63,209 bases of DNA from Hyphochytrium catenoides (Eukaryota > Protista > Hyphochytriomycota): contig FLMG01000334.1 of the NCBI GenBank assembly GCA_900088475.1, positions 1-63,209 on the forward strand. The letters run 5' to 3'. Positions 39,269-51,000 of this stretch are shown here, in pieces. A program made the position numbers and the translations under genes. How positions within the stretch are numbered: position 1 is the stretch's first letter; each line of letters starts with the position of its first letter. Below the pieces are notes generated by a model, which saw only the letters and a program-made list of their open reading frames with translations, was not told the DNA's origin and searched no databases.

Positions 39269-42200
39269 CTACTTTGAGTCCCACAAGCTCTGAACGACCT
39301 GCTTTACATCCTCTATGGCGCCCCCTCGTAGGAAAGTGAGAGCATCCATGGCCCTTTGAGAGATCTTCGTCTCCGACGAAGCAGCAGCATTCACAAGGCT
39401 CCGAACCAATCTTCTAATGGTTCGAAGACGGGATTGTTTATCGGCAGCCTCCTGGTCATAAAGCTGAACGGCAGCCGGGGTAATTAGTCTGCGTCGAAGG
39501 AGTCTTCTCAATGCCCCATTCTTACCTGGCTGACAACCTCTGGTAATGACATCAACTGGGTCAGGATTCTTAGACAGAGTATGATATTTTCGGCATTATC
39601 GACAGGAGCTTCTGCCTCGTTATCCTTGGAAGTGTGGAAGGCCGAAGCAGAAGAGAGAAAAGAGTGCAATGGGATGAAGTTAGGGTCGTGGAGCGTCCTA
39701 ACGTCGTGTCGTGGAGCGTGCTCGCTTGACAACTCCTCGCTCTATATCGTGCCTCCATATCCTTGTAGCTACAGAGCATCATCAAATATTTATCTGCCTT
39801 ACCAGTTGCTCCAGGGGACCGGCGAAGGAGGAAATGAAGGTGATGAAGCGGGCGGAGTCAGCTTTCTGGCTTTTGGAGTACGGAATGCTTTTGGCCCAAT
39901 TGCCAAGCCAAACCAAGCTTGTAGACGTGGACACTAGGCCATCAAACTGGAAGGGAGAGGGCGACAAGCGAGGAAGAAACATGAGAAAAGCAAGTAGGCA
40001 TTGTCTTCGAGCTAAGCCCCAAGATCGGTCTGATCTCGGTGAACTGTACAACATAAGGGGAGGCAAGGGACATCAAAGCGGAGACAAGGCATCGAGATTA
40101 TAGCGGGAGGCAGGAGTTGGGAATAACGCTGTGATAAGGGATTGTAATGTGGAAAGGAAGAGCCAAAGGTAACTAAAGAAGGAAAATTAGAAGGCTTACC
40201 AACTCTAGCATCTTCGCGAGCATGGTCGCAGTCATCATCCTTGCGTTCCTGAAGGTAGCCAGCTTCTCCCAATGGCACTTCGCAATTTCCTCGTATAAAC
40301 CTGACGGGCTTATTAGCACCAAACCGCTTCAAGGACCGTGTAAATAAAAAAGGTAGCACGGATAGTTCCAGGCACCGAGCAGACTATCGATTGATCCAAC
40401 AGGCATGGCGCAACAGCAGAGGAAACTCCATTGAAGGCAAGGGTTGCTGATAGATCGTGTTACCTGGGGCACAGTCTGGAAAGAACCGAGGAACCTCTAT
40501 CACCATCCCAATCAGGTTTTCAACTAGACTATTCGCCCTTCGCTCGACAAGAAGTTGTCCCAGACCTTTGACCAGAAACTTGCTGCCTGCAAGTGAGAAC
40601 AGGAGTTCGCCACGACCCTTCTCTCTTCTGTCTTGGCCGATTGGACCCTGAGCGTTTGAACAAGGGATAGCGAGAGAGCGCAAAAGCTTGATGGAGGCAA
40701 GCCTCAGTTCTAACTCGATGCTATCATCCAGGATCAGTTCTTCCAACAACCGAATGAGCGGGAGGTCTGAAAGCTTCAGAGGAAGTTCATGCTTGCCAAC
40801 TAAGGATCTGAGCGCGTTCAAATCGGCCACGCAAGAATCCATGTCGCTTCTCAACGAAGACCTAGGAAGAGCCAGTGAGCGCAATGCTAAAACACAATGT
40901 CCAGCTTTCCTTGGCGTTGGTACAAGCGATGGTTTCATTATTCCTGACCATTGCATCCCCATGGATTGCTTTTCCGCACCATTCACTACCTGTAAGATCC
41001 TTTCCAGCCAATTCTCTCTCCCAGCCATTCTGTCAGTGAAAGATCTAACAGAGCCACATTTGCACTATTCCTCTTTGATCCCCTATGCCTTCGTTCTAAA
41101 TGGCATAGCTGCGCATTTAAGATGGCTTCTTTGAACTCACCGCAGTTTCTCCTCTAAAACTAGTGCCTGCAACTGGAATCTCTCAAAATCCAAAGCATCT
41201 TCAGGTGCAGTATCCACAGTGGTGGTAGGTTTGGAGGAAGATGAGGACGATGCCGCTGGCGGTTGCTTTGGGGTTGATGACCTTTGGAAGAAGTTGGATA
41301 TTGAACGGCTACGGACCGGAGAGGCTTTCGAGACTGGTTCTTGTTTAGACAGCAACGCGTCGGCTCCTGCTACATCCTTATCTGCGAGAACAGGGTTTTT
41401 AAAAAGTTGCCGTTCTTGAGCAACAGACCAACTTCGACAAGCAGAAGACGAAAAAAGAGCGAGCTCCTCCCATCAGCATATATGAGTCATACCTAATGCA
41501 TCTGGAATGTCCTCATTATGGGAAGCTGCGTCGTTGTTGCCGTCAATGGCGGAGATTTCCGGATACCCATCCTTCTTTTTTCCTTCAGCCTTGCAGACAT
41601 CGTCCATTCCGTCTGTCAATGGTATGAATCCGGTCCGGTACTTCTCGGCAATCACCCAACGAGATGCTGAGCCCTTCGGAGCCCTCACAACAAGGGTTGT
41701 GAACAGCTTTCGAACCTGAATGAGAACGTTAAAGGCTGCAGTTGGGCAATAGAACTGTCTCTACATAGGTGAACCCATGGATGTTGATAACCGTCAAGTA
41801 AACCCAAGTAAGTGGAGCAACAGTTTGCCGAAGCCACTGAGCGGACGTTGGCACGCTTGAGGATCCACAAACGAAGGCGGCTTTACCTGGTATTTGGAGA
41901 CACCGGTCTGTGTCGCAAAGGTCTTAATCAATGTCTTCTGCGTGCCGGGGGTGGTGTTAATATATTCAACAAATTTGCTGATGACCTCAGGAGGTATCTT
42001 TCTCGCAATGTCCTCAGCTCCTGCTTCCTGATCTGCCGTCATAGCAGAAGAAGGTGGGCGCTGCGGCACTGTAGATAGGCGAAGAGATTGAAGAGTGGAG
42101 AGAGACAAGGGACCTTTCTTTAATTTAAACAGAAGTGGAGAAAGGGGCGGATAGTTCAACGATATCAGGCGAAGTGCAAAGCAGGTCCCATATCTATCCT

Positions 42201-45200
42201 CTGGGAGAGGTACCAACAATGACTTCAGTACAAGACTCAAACAGTTCAGTCTAGTGAGGACGTAGATCATCAATATCTACCTTCCAAGTCTGCCAAAAGC
42301 GGCCCCGGTACTAGAGGTATCATGCGGAAGGCGGACAAGGCCCCCACGGCCTCTTTCGAAGCTTTATCATCATGTCCGCTGCCAAGATCCCCACCCATGC
42401 AGAAGATGGGTCCGATGACCAAAGGTGCTTGTGGGCCGGCGAAGTCTTTGGTCCTACAGCGGTGATCTTCGTCTTCAGCAAGCAATGCATCGTCTCGCTC
42501 GAGAAATGGATCGTCCCAATCTGGTATGGAGAGGGCAATGCAAATGAGGATAATTCAGTGCTTTGACTTAAGAGGAAGACAATAATGAGCTTTGACTTAA
42601 AGAGCCGTAAGAGACGGAAGAGCCATTGCGATATGATTGAACAGTAGTTTCATGGAACACTCAGAGCGGAAACCTTACCAAGGCCATCCACATCATTATC
42701 TTCTGCTTCGCTGCAATCGCTGTCTGAGATGCTCTCGCCTGGTTCTTCCTCCTCCCATTCTTCATCGCTATCAACCTGCAAACATCATTTGATGAGCCTT
42801 TTCCATCACTCGTCAAGGCAATGACCCAATGGAGTTGAGCTTGAGCGTGGTAACTCCGTAGTCATCGAGAGGACCTCACTATGTATCTTTCTTTGCTAAT
42901 ACACCCGTTGTCTCTCGAAACTTCTCACTGCTATTTTCATTGACTGCATGCGACTTATCCAGCTTTCCGCTCACTTCCCTCTTACCTCATAATTTACATG
43001 TTCTGTGTCCTTGTACAGAGGTCGTCTCCCTTTCTTGAGGGCGGCGGAGCGCCTTTTCCAGGTGCCGTAGTAAGCAGGGCGATAGTTGTCGTGGAATTGC
43101 AAAAACTTGACGACATGCTTTCCAATCTTTCGTCTTCGCAGCCTTGAGGCCTACAAAGGATGGTGCAGAAGAGAAGGATGTCCAAAGCAGACAACTGTTT
43201 TCAATAAGGAGGTTACTTGACAGATGGCCCGGAGGAGGAGGTTGAAGGACTTCAAAGTATCACATTCAACAAACGAGAAGGAGAGTGCATGACTCTAAGT
43301 AGGATGAAGGACTGCACTACTATCACATTGGACAAACAAGAAGGAGAGTGCCCACATCCCCATTCTCGTACCGAGCGGACTGCAGCTGCTATTTGTTGCC
43401 GGGAGACTGACAACGGCTCAGAAATTGTGTGCTCAGAACCTTGAAGTAACGCGTCTATTCTTTTAGCCTTGTCTTCAAGTTCACTATCCACAATGTGCAT
43501 GCTGGCCGGGTCAGGGGACACAAGGTTATAGGAAAAAGTGAAGAGAGACGGGAGCAAACGGAGGATAAGTTGGAGAGCAGATGGCGGTAACGAGAAGCTA
43601 TGCAACAGGTAGGAAGGACCTTTACCTGCTGATTCCAACCTTCTCCTGTGAGTTGTCGGTGGGGACAGCAGAGGAAGGAGTAGGAGCCGCTTCTTTGTTG
43701 AACCAATTGAGAAGAGATACGGCCTCCTGCAGAATTAATTATAAGCGCAAGTACAGAGACACGAAGTAGCATAGGTATGGACCTTGACAGGTTTCTCTTC
43801 TATCGCTGCTTTGGCTTTCTTTGCGTTCTCCTTTGCAATCTTTTTTGCCTCTTGTGCCTCCAGCTTTTCCTTAAGCTGCGCCCACCGAAACGAGCTTGTA
43901 AGACAAATAAAGGGAACGTGGAGGGAGAGTGACAAGTCGTCAATATTACCTTCTGCTCTTGAAGCATCCTCCTCGCTCGGAGAGTCTCTAGATCTCTCTC
44001 AAACTTCGCGACTTTTGCTTCCTCCTCGCTCACCTTAGCTTCATCAACAGGGTCCTGAGACAAAAGTAAGGGTGCGGATGAGGAGCTGAAGAGCCAATAG
44101 ACGTCCTTGTAACTAACCTTTGATAGAAGCTTCAGCAAACGATGAAGAGCAAGGACATGAGCTCCAAGTTTTCTCCTTTCAGTCCTAAGCTTCTTGATGG
44201 TGGCGACCTCACTTGCGGAGTATACCTCTAATAGCTGCAACCCAACGCAAGGAAGTATGTGAGGCAAGTTAGGAATGTCGGGGATATACGACAGCCGCCA
44301 AGCAGTGCCACTACCAACGTTCAGCTGACGACTTCAAGAGATCTATTAAGGCAAAAAAAGCTCCGAAGATTTACTCGTCCTCTTACCGCTACTTCCCATC
44401 TCCACAATGCGATAGCTGAATTGTCCTCGTAAACGTTCACTTTGCGTTCCTTTATACCGTAAGGCTTCCTCTCCGCAAGTACTTTTATTTTTTCTTCAAT
44501 AAGGGAGGGAGAAACCGCAAGGTCTCCCATGATGTACAGGCGCGCTTCCTCAGCTAACTGGGATAATGGAAGCGAACTATAGGTAGCACGGAGGCGAGTT
44601 TGGAAGAGAAAAGAGTGGTAGGTATAGCGAGAGGAAGAGTGGGAGTGGCTAAGTTCGGTCGTCACAAGAGAGTCGATAGCGCGAATAAGTCCTACTACCT
44701 GCCCTGGACAAGTCTCACTAATGTAGGCACCGCGATATCTGGAAAGGAGGATAGGTCCAAACGTTTTAATTGCTCTAGTAGGTTGTCTCTTTCTTCTTCC
44801 TTAAGGCCAAGACGATAGTCCCCTTCCGCATCTACGGAGGACGACGACAGCTGTACAAAGTGCTCAATTTGATCCTTGCAACTCTTATAGCGTGGATTTT
44901 GCTGCGGCAGTCATTACAGTTAGTAACCCTCAGTGACATCACGCGGCAGGCAGAGACCAAGGAGTGGAGGACTGATTAGGATAATCAAGGGTAACGAGGC
45001 TATCATCGCAGGGGCGGGGAGGATCGAATCTTCTGCGAAGGCAAGGAAGTGGCTGATGAGACAACCATATCGGCACTCACCATTAGTCTCTTCTCTTCTG
45101 CCTCAGCAAGCTCTGTGTCTGTCACTTTGTCAAACGTGGGAAGAAGGGAGACCCCTTTAGAGCTTGAGGCCTTCTTCTTTGACTTCGGAGTGCTGCTGGG

Positions 45201-46206
45201 AGGAGACGCGGCCTTCCGCTTCTTGTTTGTGAAGACGAGCTCAGTTGCATCAGTTGAGGCGTGCTCAGTATTCGAAGTAGGAGACGCTACTGCCTTGACG
45301 GGCAAATTAGTGTTCTGATCAGTGTAAGAGCCCTCTTTGCCTTCTTGGTTGCTGCTCCGCTGGTCGGCCGATAGAGTAAGGGGAGTAACATCGGTCTGTT
45401 GCTCGGATTTTGGCGCCTTTGCCGTCAGGGTGCTAAATTGTCCTAACATCTCCTCAGCGGTCCGCTTTTTTACAAACCTTAACATGGTCGGAGTCTTTAG
45501 TCCTGAGTCGTCTATTGAAGCTACCTTCCCTGGAGAGGGTGCGGCAGTGCCGCTAGGGTCAGAGTCCCTTTCACCTTCCTCAGTATGTTCCTTCTCAGCT
45601 TCGTTGCACATTGAAAGATCAATGTCATCGGACCCCGTTGAAAGTCTCTCCTGGCTGGTTTGAGCTTCCTCTTGAGACCTACTAGTTGACCCCTTATATG
45701 CCTTTAGAGGTGTTATTGCGGTTGTTGCTATTGACTTGCAGTTGGAATCCTCAATGACGACAATATCTGATGGACTAACTTCCTGCTGCTTCACATTGAA
45801 CTCGTTGGAATTCTCCTTTGCCTCTACACCTCCATGGCCATTTCCGGCCAGCACCGATGGCGATGGTGATTTTCCAACTGCGGATTCTGTTCCCAATCTC
45901 GGGCTAGAAGCGGCATCGCTTGTGTCCTTGGCTTTCAGAGGTGTAAGCGAGAAGAAGTTTTTGATGGATCGCTGGCCTGGAACCTAGAGAAAGCAATTCA
46001 GGGTCAAGAAACGGTATAAGGGCATGTTCCTTCGGGTATGAAGAGATACAGTTCTATGAAGATGGCCACGGAACGAAGGTCGACATGGTTGTTGATCACT
46101 AAAGTAGGAGATGGATAACTTCAAAGATTGTAATGACCTCAGCTGCTTGGGGAAGGTTGACATCTCTTTTGGAAGAAGATGAGGCGGTGCTCTTCCGTCG
46201 CACCAT
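39269..46206 (-). CDS. CHAF1A: Chromatin assembly factor 1 subunit A (p150/Cac1/FAS1) with a C-terminal helical extension
   Basis: N-terminal PIP box QRSIKNFF; FAS1-like segment LPLSQL...YG...YEDNSAIALWRWEV; KER coiled coil; signature KFLQFHDNYRPAYYGTW...VNYEVDSDEEWEEEEPGESIS; winged-helix-like region; then five further in-phase exons to TAG at 39269. Confidence 0.9.
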
Positions 46207-46668
46207 CTTCACTCCCAGTTCAAGAGCCCTCTCGCTCTGAAACTAGCTACGTGAACCACCCGAGCCTTCTCTGCAGTTTGGTCGAGTTCACAGCGTCGTT
46301 GAAGTAGACAAGTCGCTCAAACCCTTCGCCAGGATGGCACTCGCCTTCAATACCTCGGCATATGACCACAAGCGAGTAAGTGCATTGGGATCATCACAAG
46401 GCTGCTGCTCCCTTCGATGTCATACTCTAGCCGTCATCATAAACCAAAGAAAGCTTGTGCAAGAGAGGACGCATCGAGACTGGGCAAAGGCAGTAGAACC
46501 CCGCTCCTTTATAATTATCGCGCACTTCTTGAGATTTCGAAGCGTTGTTGCGCTCCTTCTCTCCAATAGACGCAATGACAATAATAATCCCTCTCACACC
46601 AGGACAGCCTATGCTATTATACTGCCAGGAGTAGTAGTAAGAGCTTCACTGTGCCGGTTCGAAACCTC

Positions 46669-46682
46669 TTTTGGCGGGAGAA
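46669..46682. promoter_or_regulatory. Candidate E2F site upstream of CAF-1 p150
   Basis: TTTTGGCGGGAGAA fits TTTSSCGS about 470 bp upstream of the ATG of an S-phase gene. Motif match only. Confidence 0.4.
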
Positions 46683-46749
46683 TCTTGTGTTCTCTGGTAA
46701 TAAATTTCCCAATTATATACACGGGCTAACCTCCAATATCAACAAGTAA

Positions 46750-46822
46750 GGGGCTTTAGCTCAGATGGTAGAGCGCTGGATTCCAGTCCCAGCGGTCGGG
46801 TGTTCGAGTCACTCAAGCCTCA
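46750..46822 (+). tRNA. trnW: tRNA-Trp(CCA), intronless
   Basis: Cloverleaf GGGGCTT TA GCTC AGATGGTA GAGC G CTGGA TTCCAGT CCCAG CGGTC GGGTG TTCGAGT CACTC AAGCCTC A, with anticodon CCA at 46783-46785. Confidence 0.95.
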
Positions 46823-46826
46823 AACC

Positions 46827-46831
46827 TTTTT
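46827..46831 (+). terminator. Pol III oligo-T terminator of the tRNA gene
   Basis: TTTTT starting 5 nt after the discriminator base. Confidence 0.7.
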
Positions 46832-48066
46832 GTCGGTATTTTTCGAGCTTCTCCGCCAGGAAACTCCTAAGATTTGTTACAGAGGACTAAGAACTCTAGA
46901 GAATCTGCAATCAATTTTTACTTCCTTGCTACTAGTGACCTCTTGTGACGACGCGGAAGGTTGTTGCTGCAGCGCGAGCTTCGTCATCATCATTGCCAGG
47001 CACACAGTGATGAATCCTGGTTTAGTCAGATGATGGGCTAACGCTATCTAACTGGCCAACGGCAAGGGGTGAAGTGAAGTGCGGGGTAAGAAGAAGAGCT
47101 CTTCTCCTGATGCCAGGAGATGTATGAAGAACTGTATACTCATCCTTCATGAAAGGAAGTGTCAGTGAATTGGCAGTTCGTTTCTTCCCTGCGCGAAAGA
47201 ACTACCACTGCTTTTAACCGCCCGTCGGTGAAGAAGGTGCGAGATTTACGCATTAAGCTGATTATGGCTGCTGTCAGCAGAGTGAACAAGGGCGGTCATT
47301 AGAATCGTCAAAGCAAGACTGCACTATGTTAATATGGCAAAGAAGTATAAGAGGTCACTTGCATCACACATGTCAACAAGTGAAGAGCAGCTTTTGAGTC
47401 ACATATTATGACCCAAGGGAAACGATAATAGGCGTCTTATTATAGCTGCATCTAGCCGATCGTACAGATGGTCATAGCTTATCGCAAGCATTTAGATGTC
47501 GATCCACTAGCCTCTGCTGGACCGCCCAGAAAGTGCGCCTCAATCAGCGAGGCCAGACCGGAGCTTCCGTCTCATCATCCATCAGGGCGTAGATTGATTG
47601 GGGCAAAACAACTAGTAGTAGAAAGCCCTGAATATGTCTAACCAACCTTAAAGCATCGATCTTTCATGCCTAATAGCCATTCCTAAGGGAAGAGCTGAGT
47701 AGAATAAGCAAGAAAGGAGGTCCTTGCATTGTGCAAAGGTAGTGAAAGGCATGAAGAAAGATCTCCTCGAAGGTCTGCTTGTCTTTGGAATGATAGCATG
47801 CTGGCTGACCCGGTTACACTTTTGAGGTCTCTGTCCTGTCCCATGCGCACGTGTGAGCTAACAAGGCTTACTCCTGACAAATAAAAAGAAGATGATCTCT
47901 TGCTAATAGACTAATTGATAGTACATATACACATTTAAGATAGGGTACAGAGAGCTTGGTGCCTGGCCCTGAGGAGTTACTCCAGAAGTGACGTTGACGT
48001 AGGAAGGTTGCTTGTTCTAGATCCCGTCAGTGTGGCGTTTTCTCCTTTTATCTCCTCTTTGTGCTG

Positions 48067-51000
48067 CTACCACTTGACTTGCACTAAGTATCGAAGTTTG
48101 GCCTGTGCCTCTTTGTAGACGATGTACTCATTATGGTAGAACCACAACTGCTGGCTTCCCTTCTTCTTCGATGATGTCGGCTTACCCAGTGGGACCACCA
48201 CACCATCAGGGAGCACAGTGTCACCCTTCGGTTCAGGGAATCTTCTTCCTAAGGCTTTGGTAGACATCTGGGGTAGGTGAACAAGCATTATGATGAGACC
48301 ATTAGCAAAAATTAGGGAGAAGTAGGCAGCAGTAGGAAAGACCAGAGGAGAAGGTGAAGTGAAGATAAATGCGAGAGATAGAGCCGCGGCATGTCGGCTC
48401 ATAAAACGACTGAATGAAGCGATAACAAACAACTGCCGCCGACAAGAACTAGTATATCACAGCGCTCACCTTTCCCTGGGGAAGGTTGTTGGCATTGTAG
48501 TCTGCGTCTACGAGCTCGTTCATGTCACCCAGGCTCACTTCAGCTAGCGCCAGCAGGGCGCAAGGGAGCTGGGAATTATAGTAGCAGTAGCTTGAGGATT
48601 TGGAGAACTGTTGGGATTGAGCAGCAGAAGGAGGGAGGTTTCACAGCAACGACAGTCGCGCTTATTAGCATCATGAAGAACGCCAAGAGCAGGATTAACG
48701 GCAACCTCAGGTAGAAGACATTGGGGAAAGGAGGATTAATCTTTCTCAATGCTACTACATTGGTCCGGCAGGCACAATGCAAGGAAGGCGTAGGAGAGAA
48801 AATGCTTTTCAGCTTTGAAGTAGAGAGGCATATTGTAGAGTTTGGGCCAGAACAGCGCTAGCGCATGCAGCATAGTCGAACAGCATTGAGAAGAGCACAC
48901 AGCAAGCTGTAGTACCATGTCAGCAAAATAGAGTCCTTTCCCAAAGTTGTAGCCAGAGACTGGAGCTTCAGGTGGTGCTATCCTTAGTCCTTGAGAGAGG
49001 ATACCTGCCCAGTTTGTCAGTCTGGAGCCGTGCCACAGGAGACGCCTATTGTGCATCGTCTTGAAAGGACAGAAGCGTTGCTCCTCTCCGTCTCGCTGTA
49101 TCTTAAATATTTCCAATATCTTCGGCAGAGAATTCGATTGTCCTTCGTAGGTGCTTGCGAGATATTGGCTAATGGTTTGATACTCTTGAGAGTTAGAAGG
49201 CAGAGGCTCCATGCAGCACTTCAGCCGCCTGTAGTGGGCGTCCACGGGGTTCTCTGACCCTTCAACCTTAGATAGCACAGCACTCGCGGCCTGAAGAGGA
49301 GTTCGTTTGCAAAGAAAGGTCACCATCAAAGAAGTGAAAGGGACGATACAATGCGATAACGCAGGACAAGGAAGGAAAATGATATCTGTAAGGAGACGAT
49401 GATACTTAGGCTGTTGCTTGCTACAGAAAGAAGGAACAGGTAGTAAGGAATTTTTCTCACTGACACTGAGCTGCTGTTCGCCACAATTGTGATAGATATG
49501 GGAGTAGGAAGGAAGAGAGACACCAAAAAAGGCCTGAAGCTCACCTCAATCTGAGAGAGGCTGTCCAGTAAAGCCATCTTCTCTTTCACTTTGTCGAGAG
49601 AGTCTAGCTGGAAGCTTGACATCTTGGCGAAGCCAAAGTTGTGCGGTATGTAAGTATAGAATTCACTGCTTAGACCATCAATCTTTTCGTCGGTCTCTCC
49701 CTTAAGCGCCTTCGTCACTCTTTCAAGGACCGCGTAACCCTTTCGGATGGTGCTATCGGAGAGCTTCCCCAGGGGTAACTGGAAATGAAGGTTGGAAGTG
49801 ATGGTTAAAGAGCTGGTGGACAATCATCATGACACTTACCGAAAGAACGTAGTGGAAAGGAAGGCGCAGGCAGCTCAGCAGAAGGGGGCAAGCGTGATGG
49901 CACAAGGTAGACTGTGGATGATCGGCAGAATAGACAAAGCAGCCAAGGAGGAAGACAAGGCGAAAAGAAGGTGACGCAAACAGATTATAAGGCCGATCTA
50001 TTGAACCGTTGTTGCCTCCAAATAATACCTTCTTGGCATCGTAACCGATGGACATCATCTGCTCCTTCATCATCTCCTTGTCACAGATGATAGATATCAA
50101 CTTTTGGACTTCGACGGAAAGAGAACTGGAAAGGGCAGGACTCGATCCTCCAGTGCCTGCTATTGCTGATCCGTCCTGCTGCTCATCATCCTCATCGTCA
50201 TACCGCATTTCAAGGAGCGCATACTTTCCTTTGACGGGAGAGAAGTTATCCCTATCTTCCCACTTATTTCCCGTCTTATCGGAGAACTTCTTCGTGAATT
50301 CCTTCTTAGCGTCAGCCTCATTTGAAGGGCCAAATAGACGGTTCTGCCCGGGTACTCCAACGCGTCCCCAGCGGCTCCAGACATAGTAATTGCTCCCTTT
50401 GGAGATGCAAGAGTAATGGGACAAAATGTTGAAAGTTATATCAGTAGTCTGACAAAATAGAGGAGCAGCGCTCGTAATCAAGAATGGCGAAGGAGTGACA
50501 GAGGAAGCAAACTAAGACAACGATCGGAACGCCAGGAGAATGTAGCAGTCAAGACTACATAGAAGCCCGCCACCTCTTGGGAGGAACGGAAAGCGGAAAT
50601 GACCGGCGCCGCCAGTCCCAACAAACAAGGAAAAGGGTTTTAAAGGGTTCTCACAGGTGATAAGCTGTCAGCAAGGCTTAGAAGGCCAGAAGATGGCAAA
50701 AAGAACTAGAAAGTAAAAGCCAGAAAGAAGACTAGGGGGAAGAGGGCGTGGACTAGGAACAGACAAGCTCCACCCCACAAGATGGTAGTCCCTTACCGTC
50801 GCTGTCACTCTGAAGTAACTGCATCAGGTAGAACTTGTTATTGTTTGCGTTGACGTTGGTTTGGTTCAGCATCACATCGTACACATCTGTCCCATCAACC
50901 ACCAACTTCACGTCGGAAGAAATATGGGAAGGGATGAGTCTGTCTAGAGGAGGCACCACGATGGTTTTCTTCTGCTTCTTGGTTGGACGATGAGAATCAT

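Noticed and set aside
47001-47115. Possible C/D-box snoRNA (GTGATGA at 47007, CTGA at 47107) downstream of the tRNA
   Set aside because: TGATGA is common in this (CAT)n-rich genome, the D'/C' boxes abut with no spacer, the terminal stem is poor, and I found no convincing rRNA guide.
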